A stretch of 64,000 nt of DNA from Faecousia sp. (GCA_045659925.1 JAZRCV010000042.1:4137-68136); one strand, 5' to 3'; shown: positions 1-12,368, counted from the first letter of the stretch. Notes: generated by a model from the sequence alone, not told the origin. A program made the numbers and translations.

Positions 1-2
1 TT

Positions 3-317
3 GCGGAGCCTTCCATGCTGTTTGTGAAATACTGCCGTGTGGGTGCATCGGATGCGCTGGGTGAGATCACCGGATGCGAATGCGTGTGTATGCTGGTGGG
101 AGAGCGGCCAGGTCTTGTGACCAGTGAGTCCATGTCCTGCTATATCACCTACAATCCCCATCCCGGCATCCCGGAAAGCCAGCGCACTGTGATCTCCAAT
201 ATCCACCGTCAGGGCACCCCTGCGGTGGAAGCGGGGGCACACATTGCCCAGCTTCTACCGCAGATCCTCACCCAAAAGGCTTCCGGCATCTCCCTTCGCC
301 GGGAGGGCCGCGCATGA
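3..317 (+). CDS. eutC: Ethanolamine ammonia-lyase light subunit EutC, C-terminal part (5' end lies upstream of the window)
   Basis: The frame is open from the window edge. [21 protein letters not shown]...[10 protein letters not shown] resembles the conserved EutC C-terminus. ATGA stop/start overlap with the next gene. Confidence 0.85.
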   Translation, partial: AEPSMLFVKYCRVGASDALGEITGCECVCMLVGERPGLVTSESMSCYITYNPHPGIPESQRTVISNIHRQGTPAVEAGAHIAQLLPQILTQKASGISLRREGRA

Positions 318-979
318 CAGGGGATCGCATCGGCGTCACAGTGCTGGCGGCGCAGCACATTGCAAATGTTTCCGAGGGTCTTGCCCGGCAGCTTGGCTTG
401 CCCCCTTCTCAGCGCTCCATCGCCCTGATCTCTACAGACTGCGACGATGTGACCTATATTGCACTGGATGAGGCAACAAAATCCGCCCAGGTAGAGGTGG
501 TGTACGCCAGAAGCCTTTATGCCGGGGCCGCCAATGCTTCCACCGCCTTAGCTGGTGAAGTGATCGGTATCTTAGCAGGGCCTGACCCGGCGGAGGTAGC
601 CAGCGGGCTTCGTGCTGCTCTGTCTGTCATTGAATCCGGCGTCAGCTTTCGCAGCGCAAGGCCGGACGATCAGGTGGTATACCTCGCCCACTGTGTGTCC
701 CGCTCTGGGGCCTACCTTTCCAAACAGGCGCATCTTCCTCAAGGCGCACCCCTTGCCTATCTCATTGCGCCACCGGTGGAGGCCATCGTTGGCCTTGACC
801 GGGCGCTGAAGGCGGCAGATGTGCACCTTTGCGAATTTTACGCACCGCCCAGTGAGACAAACTTCGCAGGTGGGCTGCTCACCGGAACAGAATCCGCCTG
901 CCGCATTGCCTGCGAAGCCTTCAAAGAAGCAGTAGAGGGCGTCGCAAATCACCCACAGGAGGTACTTCATGGAATTTGA
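314..979 (+). CDS. eutL: Microcompartment shell protein EutL (tandem-BMC, BMC-T type)
   Basis: 221 aa, with an N-terminus ([29 protein letters not shown]) and length typical of EutL. Sits between eutC and eutE as in Firmicute eut operons. Confidence 0.85.
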   Translation: MTGDRIGVTVLAAQHIANVSEGLARQLGLPPSQRSIALISTDCDDVTYIALDEATKSAQVEVVYARSLYAGAANASTALAGEVIGILAGPDPAEVASGLRAALSVIESGVSFRSARPDDQVVYLAHCVSRSGAYLSKQAHLPQGAPLAYLIAPPVEAIVGLDRALKAADVHLCEFYAPPSETNFAGGLLTGTESACRIACEAFKEAVEGVANHPQEVLHGI

Positions 980-2417
980 CCGCGATTTGGCATCCATACA
1001 GCGGATGCGTGATACCGTCGCCCATGCCGTCCGGGCACAGGAGGCACTGGGCAGGCTTTCTCAGGCCGAGACAGACCGGATCTGTCAGGCCATCAGCGAG
1101 GCTGGCATCCGTCATGCAGAAGAGCTTGCCGCCATGGCGGTGGAGGAAACCGGCTTCGGCAATACCCCGGATAAAACGCAAAAGAATACCTTTGCTGCCC
1201 GGCATGTCTGGGAATCTATCCAGGATATCAAGACCCGGGGCATCCTTGCTCGTGATGAAGCGAAGAAAACCATTGACATTGGTGTGCCCGTGGGTGTGGT
1301 GGCAGCCATCGTGCCTTCCACCAATCCTACCTCCACCGTCATCTATAAAGCCCTCATTTGCCTGAAAGCAGGCAACCCCGTGGTATTTTCTCCCCATCCC
1401 AAGGCGGCAAAATGCACCTGCCGCGCTGTTGCGGTACTGATGCAGGCAGCAAAAGCCGCAGGCTGCCCGGAAGGTGCCATCGGCTGCATTGAGCCCACCA
1501 TGGATGCCACCCAGGCTCTTTTGAAGCATCCGGATGTGCGCATGATTTTGGCTACCGGCGGCAGTGCCATGGTACGGGCCGCCTATTCCTCCGGCAAGCC
1601 CGCCATTGGTGTGGGCCCCGGCAACGGCCCTGCCTTTATCCATCGCACTGCAAATTTTGACAAGGCAGCAGAATGCATCATCCGCTCCAAAACCTTTGAC
1701 AACGGCACCATCTGTGCTGCGGAGCAAAGCGTGATCGTGGAATCCTGCTGCGCCGACAAGCTGCGGCAAGCCCTCAAAAACCACGGCGCTTATCTGATGA
1801 ACTGCGAAGAGGCCGGGAAGCTGGCAGACCTGCTGCTTCGGCCCAACGGCAGCATCAACCCCGCAGTGGTGGGAAAATCCGCCCATGAGTTGGCACAAAT
1901 GGCAGGCTTTACCGTCCCCGCGAAAACCACCGCACTGGTAGCAAAGGCCCATGAAGCAGGCCCCACGCGCCCATATTCCAGAGAAAAGCTGTGCCCCGTT
2001 CTCGCCTGCTTTGAAGCAGAAAACGAAGATGCAGTGCTGGAAAAGGTCTGTGAGGTTCTGGCGGTGGAGGGCAGCGGTCACACCTTCTCCATCCACGCTG
2101 AAGATCAGGCTGTGATTGAGAAATTTGCCCTGAAGGTGCCGGTATCCCGCTTCCTTGTGAACACACCGGCGGCTCTCGGTGGCATCGGCGCTACAACCAA
2201 CCTTTTCCCCGCCCTGACACTGGGCTGCGGCGCACTGGGCGGCAGCTCCTCTTCCAACAACATCGGCCCCATTGATCTCATCAATATTCGCCGTGTGGCA
2301 TGGGGCGTGCGGGATATGCCCGCCAAGACAGGGCAGACTAAGACTACGGTAATCCAAAATGACGCTCTCATAGAGCAGCTGACGGCACAAATTATGGAGA
2401 GACTTTCCAAAATGTAA
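969..2417 (+). CDS. eutE: CoA-acylating acetaldehyde dehydrogenase EutE
   Basis: 482-aa aldehyde dehydrogenase fold with catalytic Cys context FDNGTICAAEQS. Overlaps the eutL end by 11 nt and lies in eut operon context. Confidence 0.85.
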   Translation: MEFDRDLASIQRMRDTVAHAVRAQEALGRLSQAETDRICQAISEAGIRHAEELAAMAVEETGFGNTPDKTQKNTFAARHVWESIQDIKTRGILARDEAKKTIDIGVPVGVVAAIVPSTNPTSTVIYKALICLKAGNPVVFSPHPKAAKCTCRAVAVLMQAAKAAGCPEGAIGCIEPTMDATQALLKHPDVRMILATGGSAMVRAAYSSGKPAIGVGPGNGPAFIHRTANFDKAAECIIRSKTFDNGTICAAEQSVIVESCCADKLRQALKNHGAYLMNCEEAGKLADLLLRPNGSINPAVVGKSAHELAQMAGFTVPAKTTALVAKAHEAGPTRPYSREKLCPVLACFEAENEDAVLEKVCEVLAVEGSGHTFSIHAEDQAVIEKFALKVPVSRFLVNTPAALGGIGATTNLFPALTLGCGALGGSSSSNNIGPIDLINIRRVAWGVRDMPAKTGQTKTTVIQNDALIEQLTAQIMERLSKM

Positions 2418-2429
2418 GGAGGATCTATT

Positions 2430-2726
2430 ATGGCAAATACAAACGCACTGGGTATGATCGAAACGAAGGGCCTTGTGGGTGCAATCGAAGCAGCGGACGC
2501 AATGGTAAAATCCGCAAATGTGCAGCTTGTGGGCAAGGAGCAGGTAGGCGGCGGTCTGGTCACCGTCATGGTACGGGGTGATGTTGGCGCGGTAAAATCC
2601 GCCACGGACGCGGGTGCCGCCGCAGCGGAAAAGGTGGGCGAGCTGCTCTCCGTCCATGTCATTCCCCGTCCCCATGCAGAGGTGGACGCCATTCTGCCCC
2701 ACGGCAGCACCCATTCGGAGGCTTAA
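2430..2726 (+). CDS. eutM: Microcompartment shell protein EutM/PduA-type (single BMC domain, BMC-H)
   Basis: 98 aa. [32 protein letters not shown]...[13 protein letters not shown] is the canonical BMC-H signature. RBS aaggagg lies upstream. Confidence 0.9.
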   Translation: MANTNALGMIETKGLVGAIEAADAMVKSANVQLVGKEQVGGGLVTVMVRGDVGAVKSATDAGAAAAEKVGELLSVHVIPRPHAEVDAILPHGSTHSEA

Positions 2727-2728
2727 TC

Positions 2729-3403
2729 GTGCTCTACACGGAACAAACGGTAAGAGACAGCATCCGCCATAAGAACGGTAAACGGGTGTTCTATCTCGGC
2801 CCGGAGGATCGGCTGACTCCTGCCGCCCGGAGCTTCCTGCGATTGGAGCACATTGAACTGTGCGAAAGCCAGGAAACCGGACGCAGGGAGCCACAGCCCC
2901 ACAAGCCGGAGCATATGACCCATCTGAATGCAGAAACTCTGGTAAACAAAGACCATCCCCGCATTGCACTGCGGGGTATGGTGGATGCTTTGGAGGCAGA
3001 GATCCTGCTGTGCCAGAAGGAGGCAGGCGGTGCACCGAAGATCTTTGCTGCATTGGGTGAAATTTTGAAGGCGGTTCGCCATGCCATGCGCTGTGAAGTG
3101 CTGGGTGAGCCCATGCCGGAAGTGAAGCTCTGCGGTATGAGCGCGGCAGATTTGCGGGAACGCAGCCACCACCCGGAAAAGTTCTATGGCCAGCCTCATT
3201 TCATGCCCCAGGTGCAGGACGATAAACTTCTCTTGCAGCTCAACCGTCTGCGGACACAGGTGCGGCAATGCGAGCTGGCAGCATACCGGGCATTTCAGAG
3301 AGGAAATGAAAAACCTGACAGAGAGGATCTGATCCTGTTCTGGAACCGACTTTCCAGCCTTCTTTGGATATTGATGATCCAGAGGAAAAAGGAGGGCGCA
3401 TGA
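2729..3403 (+). CDS. eutT: eut-associated ATP:cob(I)alamin adenosyltransferase
   Basis: 224 aa with a GTG start 2 nt after the eutM stop. The HMTHLNAETLVNKDHPRIALRGMVDALEAEIL region resembles the Firmicute eut adenosyltransferase family. Position between eutM and pduL fits. Confidence 0.65.
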   Translation: MLYTEQTVRDSIRHKNGKRVFYLGPEDRLTPAARSFLRLEHIELCESQETGRREPQPHKPEHMTHLNAETLVNKDHPRIALRGMVDALEAEILLCQKEAGGAPKIFAALGEILKAVRHAMRCEVLGEPMPEVKLCGMSAADLRERSHHPEKFYGQPHFMPQVQDDKLLLQLNRLRTQVRQCELAAYRAFQRGNEKPDREDLILFWNRLSSLLWILMIQRKKEGA

Positions 3404-4002
3404 TGGATACAGAACAACTGACACAGGAGCTCATGCACCGTCTTTTCGTGGAGGTGGAAGCCTCTGCCCGCCATGTGCATCTGACCCTTGAGGATGCCCA
3501 TACCCTCTTCGGCCATGACCTGACCCCGGCTCGTCCGCTATCCCAACCCGGACAATACCTTTGCAAGGAACGGGTATGGGTACGGGGGCCAAAGGGAGAA
3601 TTTTCCCGGGTGGCGGTACTCGGCCCCGTAAGAAAAGAAACACAGGTGGAGATTTCACTGACGGACTGCTTTGCTCTGGGCATTCAAGCCCCGGTACGGC
3701 TGAGCGGCGACACGAAAGACACCCCCGGCGTATGCATCGGCACGGATCGGGCACAGATTGCCCTGAAAAAGGGTGTGATCGTGGCGAAGCGCCATATCCA
3801 TATGCCACCGGAGGAAGCAAAGCGCCGGGGACTTCAGGATCGGCAAATGGTAAAGTTGCGCTGCCTTTCGCAGCGGCCTACCACCTATGAAAAGGTATGC
3901 GTCCGGGTGCATCCGGAGTTTGCAACCTATGCCCACATTGATCTGGACGAAGCCAACGCCTGCGGCCTGCGCCCCGGTGATTTGGCCCTGATCATCCCGT
4001 AA
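3400..4002 (+). CDS. pduL: Phosphotransacylase PduL (EutD-equivalent)
   Basis: Two PduL repeat signatures, SARHVHL and AKRHIHM. ATG at 3400 forms an ATGA overlap with the upstream stop, and RBS aaaaaggaggg lies upstream. I trimmed the upstream extension in the ORF track (3364). Confidence 0.85.
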   Translation: MMDTEQLTQELMHRLFVEVEASARHVHLTLEDAHTLFGHDLTPARPLSQPGQYLCKERVWVRGPKGEFSRVAVLGPVRKETQVEISLTDCFALGIQAPVRLSGDTKDTPGVCIGTDRAQIALKKGVIVAKRHIHMPPEEAKRRGLQDRQMVKLRCLSQRPTTYEKVCVRVHPEFATYAHIDLDEANACGLRPGDLALIIP

Positions 4003-4004
4003 TT

Positions 4005-4418
4005 ATGCCGGATACTCTGCTCATCGGCAATGAGCCGGAGACCCCGCTTGGCTTTTCCTATGTGGAAGTGCCGCCATATGATGTGGTAATGATTGGCTCT
4101 CTTCGGATCAGTGAGCTTCTGCGGTTTGATTATCCCGAGGCTCTGCGGGCGCTGCTGGAGGGAATCCCGGTGTATCTATGGCTTCCGGGATTGGAACATC
4201 GGCAGCTTGGCCCCGACTATGCCCCGACGTTGTATGCCGCTTGCCTGAGCGCAGAGCGAATGCTGTCGCAATGGGGCATGCACCTGATTCAGGATGTACC
4301 AAAACCACTTTTGATTACTGCAAAGGATGCCAAAAACTGCCGCATCAGAGGTCAAATGCCCCCAACCGGGGCACGGCTTACCCCCCTTGCACGGGATATA
4401 CTGGGAGGAACGCTATGA
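4005..4418 (+). CDS. Conserved eut-operon protein of unknown function
   Basis: 137-aa ORF between pduL and eutN, starting 2 nt after the pduL stop and overlapping eutN by ATGA. I recognised no catalytic motif. The C-terminus carries an RLTPLARDIL motif. Confidence 0.6.
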   Translation: MPDTLLIGNEPETPLGFSYVEVPPYDVVMIGSLRISELLRFDYPEALRALLEGIPVYLWLPGLEHRQLGPDYAPTLYAACLSAERMLSQWGMHLIQDVPKPLLITAKDAKNCRIRGQMPPTGARLTPLARDILGGTL

Positions 4419-4684
4419 AAATCGGCATGGTGACCGGCTCTGTCTGGTCCACAAAAAAAGCACAGGGCCTCACCGGGCAGATCCTGCTGACGGTACGGTG
4501 CGGCAACCACTGCATGGTGGCTGCGGATTTGGTTGGGGCAGGTGTGGGCGACTGGGTTCTGCTGTGCTTTGGCTCGTCGGCCCGAATTGCTGCGGACAAT
4601 GTGCCGGTGGATGCTGCCATTGTGGGCATTTTGGATCAAGGGATCCACGATATCGATCTGGAGGTGCCAAATGGGCGTCAATGA
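4415..4684 (+). CDS. eutN: Microcompartment vertex protein EutN/CcmL (BMC-P)
   Basis: 89 aa. MKIGMVTGSVWSTKK...LVGAGVGDWVL...DAAIVGILD is typical of the EutN/CcmL family. I chose the internal ATG at 4415 because of the ATGA coupling. Confidence 0.85.
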   Translation: MKIGMVTGSVWSTKKAQGLTGQILLTVRCGNHCMVAADLVGAGVGDWVLLCFGSSARIAADNVPVDAAIVGILDQGIHDIDLEVPNGRQ

Positions 4685-5750
4685 AATCATCATCTATCTC
4701 ATGCTTGCGTTTATGGTGCTGGGTGCCATTGACCGGATTTGGGGCAATCGGTTCGGTCTTGGGGCAGAATTTGAGAACGGCATTCTGGCCATGGGTTCCC
4801 TTGCATTGGCCATGCTGGGCATCATCGCATTGTCGCCTGTGCTGGCAGCGGTGCTAAAACCCTTACTTGTGCCGGTGTTCCGGCTGTTCCGTGCAGACCC
4901 TGCCATGTTCGCCGGTACCATCCTGGCCTGTGATATGGGCGGCGCTTCTCTGGCACAGGATTTGGCGCAATCGCCGGAGGCCGCACTGTTCGGCGGCATT
5001 TTGGTGGGCAGTACCCTTGGCCCCACCATTGTTTTCAACATTCCCGTTGCCCTTGGCATCATAGCAAAGGAAGACCAGCAACCTCTTGCCCAGGGTATTT
5101 TGTTCGGCCTTCTCACCATCCCGGTGGGCTGCTTCTTTGGTGGTCTGGTGGCAGGCTTTTCCATTGCAATGATCGTGCAAAATCTGATTCCCATTTTGAT
5201 CATTGCCCTGCTGATTGCGCTGGGATTGTGGCGGGCGGAAAATGCCATGATCCGTGGCTTTACCGTCTTTGGCAAGGTCATCATCGCCATCATCACACTG
5301 GGATTGGCTGCGGGCATCATTGAGCAGCTCACAGGCTTTGCCATAATTCCCGGCATGGCGCCCCTTTCTGACGGATTTGACACCGTGGGGGCCATCGCCA
5401 TCGTGTTGGCCGGGGCATTCCCTCTGGTTTTTGTCATCACAAAGCTCTTCAAAAAGCCTCTTACAAAACTTGGAGGGCTGCTTGGCATGAACGATGTGGC
5501 GGCAGCAGGACTGGTAGCCAGCCTTGCCAACTCTATCCCCATGTTTGGCATGATGAAGGATATGGATCAAAGGGGAAAGATTTTAAATGTGGCCTTTGCG
5601 GTGTCTGCTTCTTTCGTTTTCGGCGACCATCTGGGCTTCACTGCGGGTTTTGCCCCGGAAATGCTCACCGCCATGATCGTGGGAAAGCTGACCGGCGGCA
5701 TCAGCGCCATTGCAGTCGCCATGCTGGCAACCCGGCGCAAAAAGGCATAA
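4671..5750 (+). CDS. eutH: Ethanolamine transporter EutH
   Basis: 359-aa polytopic membrane protein beginning MGVNEIIIYLMLAFMVLGAIDRIWGNRFGLG, a typical EutH N-terminus. The ATG at 4671 overlaps the eutN end by 14 nt. Confidence 0.85.
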   Translation: MGVNEIIIYLMLAFMVLGAIDRIWGNRFGLGAEFENGILAMGSLALAMLGIIALSPVLAAVLKPLLVPVFRLFRADPAMFAGTILACDMGGASLAQDLAQSPEAALFGGILVGSTLGPTIVFNIPVALGIIAKEDQQPLAQGILFGLLTIPVGCFFGGLVAGFSIAMIVQNLIPILIIALLIALGLWRAENAMIRGFTVFGKVIIAIITLGLAAGIIEQLTGFAIIPGMAPLSDGFDTVGAIAIVLAGAFPLVFVITKLFKKPLTKLGGLLGMNDVAAAGLVASLANSIPMFGMMKDMDQRGKILNVAFAVSASFVFGDHLGFTAGFAPEMLTAMIVGKLTGGISAIAVAMLATRRKKA

Positions 5751-5757
5751 TACAACT

Positions 5758-5800
5758 AAGGCGCGGCAGAATGAGATGTTTCATTCTGCCGCGCCTTTAT
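5758..5800 (+). terminator. Rho-independent terminator closing the eut operon
   Basis: Perfect inverted repeat aaggcgcggcagaatga / tcattctgccgcgcctt, followed by a T-rich tail. Confidence 0.8.
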
Positions 5801-5808
5801 GCTTTGGC

Positions 5809-5837
5809 TTGTAATCGCCGCCGGTTCATGGTATAAT
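5809..5837 (+). promoter_or_regulatory. Sigma-A type promoter for dusB
   Basis: TTGTAA (5809-5814), 17-nt spacer, then TGgTATAAT extended -10 (TATAAT at 5832-5837). Confidence 0.55.
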
Positions 5838-5870
5838 CACGGCAAATATTTACGAAACTGAGGTTTTTCT

Positions 5871-6836
5871 ATGCAGCTTGGCTCTTTAAAAATTGAACAG
5901 GGCGCAGTGCTTGCCCCCATGGCAGGGGTAACGGACTATGCCTTCCGCACCATCTGTGCCGAGCTGGGCGCAGCCATCACTGTGACAGAGATGGTTTCCT
6001 CCCGCGCCCTTGTATATCAGGACAAAAAAAGTATCGGCTTGCTCCGCAAAAATCCCGGCTGTGTCTGCGGCGTACAGATCTTCGGCAATGATCCCGCGAT
6101 CATGGCGGAAGCTGCCGCAAGAGCCGTAGAACTCAGCGGTTGTGACTTCATTGACATCAATATGGGCTGCCCCATGCCGAAGATCGCCTGCAACGGCGAC
6201 GGTGCAGGGCTGATGCGAGAGCCGGAGCTGGCGGGCAAGATCGTGCGATCCGTCTGCGATGCGGTCAAGGTTCCCGTCACTGTGAAAATGCGAAAGGGCT
6301 GGGACAAGGGCAGCATCAACTGCGTGGAGCTGTCGAACATTGTGGAAGACAATGGCGCCGCCGCCATCACTTTACATGGTAGAACCAAAACCATGCTCTA
6401 CTCCGGTGTGGCTGACTGGGATATCATCCGAACGGTGAAAAATGCAGTATCCATCCCTGTTATCGCCAATGGCGATATCATGAGCGCAGAGGATGCGGTG
6501 CGCTGCATTGCAAGAAGCGGTGCGGACATGGTGATGGTGGGCAGAGGTGTCTTTGGTGATCCCTGGCTGGTGCAGCAGGTTGGCTGCGCCCTGCGGGGTG
6601 AACCGATCCCCGAACGGCCTGCCCTTGCACAAAGGGTGGATACCGTTGTGCGGCAGCTGGAGCTGGCCCAGGAGGACAAGGGTGAGCACATCGCCTGTCT
6701 GGAAGCACGAAAGCACTTTGCATGGTACCTGCGGGGCGTACCCTATGCGGGTTACTATAAAGAAAAAATCTCGCACATCAGCACCATGGAGGATGTTTAT
6801 ACCATCGCTGCTGCGGTCAAACGGGATTTGAGGTGA
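5871..6836 (+). CDS. dusB: tRNA-dihydrouridine synthase
   Basis: 321 aa. [20 protein letters not shown]...[10 protein letters not shown]...LHGRTK are Dus family motifs. Confidence 0.85.
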   Translation: MQLGSLKIEQGAVLAPMAGVTDYAFRTICAELGAAITVTEMVSSRALVYQDKKSIGLLRKNPGCVCGVQIFGNDPAIMAEAAARAVELSGCDFIDINMGCPMPKIACNGDGAGLMREPELAGKIVRSVCDAVKVPVTVKMRKGWDKGSINCVELSNIVEDNGAAAITLHGRTKTMLYSGVADWDIIRTVKNAVSIPVIANGDIMSAEDAVRCIARSGADMVMVGRGVFGDPWLVQQVGCALRGEPIPERPALAQRVDTVVRQLELAQEDKGEHIACLEARKHFAWYLRGVPYAGYYKEKISHISTMEDVYTIAAAVKRDLR

Positions 6837-6840
6837 GAAC

Positions 6841-7455
6841 TTGGACGAAAAGCGACTGATTCAGCAAGCTGCCTCCGGAGATATGGCAGCTTTTGAAAAG
6901 CTGGTTCTGCGCTATCAGACCCAGGTGTACAGCCTTGCCTACCGCATGGTGGGCAACGAGGCAGACGCACAGGATCTGGCGCAGGAAGCCTTTGTGCGCT
7001 CCTGGCGTGCCCTTGGCTCCTTCCAGTTCTCTTCCCAGTTTTCCACCTGGCTGTATCGCCTGACCTCCAACATCTGCATTGACTTTCTCCGGGCGCAAAA
7101 GAAGAGAACTCATGTATCTCTCACTGTGCTGCAGGATGACGCGCAGCAGCAATGGGATATGCCGGATCATAGACCCCTTCCGGAGGAACAGATGATGGCG
7201 GCAGAAGAGCATGAAGCCCTTGCCAATGCCATTGCCTCTTTGGATCCGGAATACCGTCAGGTATTGATCCTCCGCATTATCAACGATTGCAGCTATCAGC
7301 AGATCAGCGAAATCATGGGCATTCGGGAAGGCACTGTGAAATCCCGCCTCTCCCGTGCAAGAGAACAACTCCGGAAAAAGCTCGCCCAAAGCGGGAACTT
7401 TTTCGCCGTATCATCGTCTAACTCTACGAAAGGAGGGCGATCTGATGTGCAGTGA
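6841..7455 (+). CDS. ECF-type RNA polymerase sigma factor
   Basis: 204 aa with region 2 (FSTWLYRLTSNICIDFLRAQKK) and a region 4 HTH (YRQVLILRIINDCSYQQISEIMGIREGTVKSRLSRAREQL). TTG start 4 nt after the dusB stop. Confidence 0.8.
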   Translation: MDEKRLIQQAASGDMAAFEKLVLRYQTQVYSLAYRMVGNEADAQDLAQEAFVRSWRALGSFQFSSQFSTWLYRLTSNICIDFLRAQKKRTHVSLTVLQDDAQQQWDMPDHRPLPEEQMMAAEEHEALANAIASLDPEYRQVLILRIINDCSYQQISEIMGIREGTVKSRLSRAREQLRKKLAQSGNFFAVSSSNSTKGGRSDVQ

Positions 7456-8194
7456 GCAAATGAATATCCTGATTACCGGTCATCTGGACGGCACCAACAC
7501 ACCAAAGCAGGAAGCACTCCTTGAAGAGCACCTTTGCAAATGCGATGCATGCCGCCGCCTTTTGAATGAATATAAGACCATTGACGCCGAGCTTTCCGAA
7601 ATGACCCTTACGCCCCCTGCTGGATTCTCCGCCTCCGTTATGAATGCCATTTCTCAGGAGGCTCCCCTTCAAAAAAAGACAAAAAAGCACCCATTCCGCT
7701 ATGGGACCATGATCGCTGCCGCTGCGGCTGTGCTGGTGCTGGCTGTGAGTGCAGGCCATATCTCCATGCCAAAGGGCGGTTCTGCCGCCATCTACTCAAT
7801 GTCAGATTCAGAAGCTGCAGCAGAAGAGCAGCATGCCCAAGTCGCTGACATGGTTATCCCTGAATCCGAATCATATTCTCTGACCACCGATAGCAAGCTG
7901 GAAACCAAGACAGCATCCGGCTCCATTGCCCGCCTTCCCGCAAATGTGGACTGCGCCGCACTGGCAAACACAGAAGAATGCTATGTGGGTCTGCTGTATG
8001 CCGACAGCGCCCCGGAGGCATTGAAGCACGCCTCTTCCCTGCCCTTGGATGGCGGCACCATGTATACCATTTCTCAAGAAACTCTGAACGAACTGAAGGC
8101 GCAGTATCCGGAGCTTCAAATTTATGCTCCTGAGGATGCTGCACCGGAGGAGAGCAAGGACGCATACCTCATCTTAGTGAACGATCCCGCATAA
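7445..8194 (+). CDS. Anti-sigma factor (zf-HC2 type, single-pass membrane)
   Basis: N-terminal H-x3-C-x2-C motif (EEHLCKCDACRRLL) and a TM segment (YGTMIAAAAAVLVLAVSAG). Overlaps the sigma gene by 11 nt. Confidence 0.75.
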   Translation: MCSEQMNILITGHLDGTNTPKQEALLEEHLCKCDACRRLLNEYKTIDAELSEMTLTPPAGFSASVMNAISQEAPLQKKTKKHPFRYGTMIAAAAAVLVLAVSAGHISMPKGGSAAIYSMSDSEAAAEEQHAQVADMVIPESESYSLTTDSKLETKTASGSIARLPANVDCAALANTEECYVGLLYADSAPEALKHASSLPLDGGTMYTISQETLNELKAQYPELQIYAPEDAAPEESKDAYLILVNDPA

Positions 8195-8205
8195 CAGAAT
8201 TCCCG

Positions 8206-8240
8206 CCGCACAGAAGGTTTCCTTCTGTGCGGTAACTTTT
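8206..8240 (+). terminator. Rho-independent terminator
   Basis: 12-bp stem ccgcacagaagg / ccttctgtgcgg with a 3-nt loop, followed by taactttt. Confidence 0.7.
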
Positions 8241-8255
8241 CAAGGGAAAAGCGGC

Positions 8256-8284
8256 TTGTAGATTGTTTCTTTTCGTGATATAAT
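8256..8284 (+). promoter_or_regulatory. Sigma-A type promoter for uvrA
   Basis: TTGTAG, 17-nt spacer, then TGaTATAAT extended -10. Confidence 0.55.
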
Positions 8285-8316
8285 AACAAGAACAGAATTT
8301 TTCAACAGGAGTCGCC

Positions 8317-11161
<2,845 letters not shown>

Positions 11162-11169
<8 letters not shown>

Positions 11170-11866
11170 TAAACCCAAGAATCCCCATACAGGCCACCGC
11201 AAACGCCTGAAGGAAGCCTACCTGCGGGGCGGCTTTGATGCCCTGTCGGATATAAACCGCCTGGAATTGCTGCTGTTTTATGCCATTCGGCAGGGTGATA
11301 CAAATCCTACCGCCCACAATCTGCTGGAGCATTTCGGCAATCTCAGCAGTGTGATGGATGCGGACATTGAGCAGCTGATGCAGGTGGAGGGCATTGGAGA
11401 GAGCAGTGCCGTTCTCATCCGCCTCATCGGTCAGCTTGCGTCTGCCGCTGAAAAGGAGCGGGTGCAAAACCGCACCAAGGGCATTCTGACAACCACAGCC
11501 CAGTGTGCCGAATATCTGATGCCCCACTTCTTTGGCCTGAACCGTGAGGCAGTGTATGTACTGTGCATGGACGGCAAATGCAAGGTGCTAACCTGCCGTC
11601 AGCTTGGGGAGGGCAGCGTGAATGCAGCAGATGTGTCCATACGGCGTATTGTGGAGATCGCACTGCACCACAATGCCAGCACCGTGATCCTTGCACATAA
11701 CCATCCCTGCGGCATCTGCAGTCCCTCGGACGAGGATTCCGCCACCACCATGCGGGTCTGGCAGGCACTGGATGCAGTGGGCATTCAGTTTGCCGACCAT
11801 ATCATCATTTCCGGCACGGAGTATCACTCCATGGCGGAGAGCGGATTCTTTGAATCCTTTATCTGA
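11162..11866 (+). CDS. radC: RadC-like JAB/MPN domain protein
   Basis: [12 protein letters not shown]-terminus, an HhH region, and the JAB motif [21 protein letters not shown] at 11162 overlaps the uvrA stop. Confidence 0.8.
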
Positions 11867-11878
11867 TGGGAGGCTACC

Positions 11879-12361
11879 ATGTTTTCAATCACACTTCTCA
11901 CTGTCGGTAAGCTGAAGGAAAAGTTTTTTCTTGCCGCCGCAGAGGAATATTCCAAGCGGCTGCGGGGTATGTGCAAATTTGATCTCATTGAGCTGCCGGA
12001 GCAGCGGCTTCCCGAGAACCCCTCCCCCGCCCAGATTGCGGACGGACTGCAAAAGGAAGCGGTGCAGATCTTCAGCAAAATTCCAAAGGGCGCATGGCTT
12101 TGCGTCATGACCCCGGAGGGAAAGCTCCTGTCCTCAGAAAAGCTGGCCTCCACCCTGTCCTCCATCAAGGCAGGAGGCAAAAGCAGCGCCTGCTTCGTCA
12201 TCGGTTCCTCCTTCGGGATGGCGCCGGAGGTGAAGGCCAAGGCGGATTTTCAGCTTTCCATGTCCCCCATGACCTTCCCCCATCACTTAGCCCGGATCAT
12301 GGTAATGGAACAACTCTACCGGGCTGAGTCCATTCAGGCGGGTACGAAATACCACAAATAA
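11879..12361 (+). CDS. rlmH: 23S rRNA (pseudouridine1915-N3)-methyltransferase
   Basis: 160-aa SPOUT fold with the C-terminus MTFPHHLARIMVMEQLYRA. RBS gggagg lies upstream. Confidence 0.85.
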   Translation: MFSITLLTVGKLKEKFFLAAAEEYSKRLRGMCKFDLIELPEQRLPENPSPAQIADGLQKEAVQIFSKIPKGAWLCVMTPEGKLLSSEKLASTLSSIKAGGKSSACFVIGSSFGMAPEVKAKADFQLSMSPMTFPHHLARIMVMEQLYRAESIQAGTKYHK

Positions 12362-12368
12362 ATGACTA

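Noticed and set aside
921-3053. 710-aa ORF antisense to eutE, eutM and the adenosyltransferase gene
   Set aside because: It lies entirely opposite strongly recognisable conserved genes. The translation is low-complexity (G/A/R/H/C-rich) with no motifs. Long stop-free antisense frames are expected in GC-rich coding DNA.
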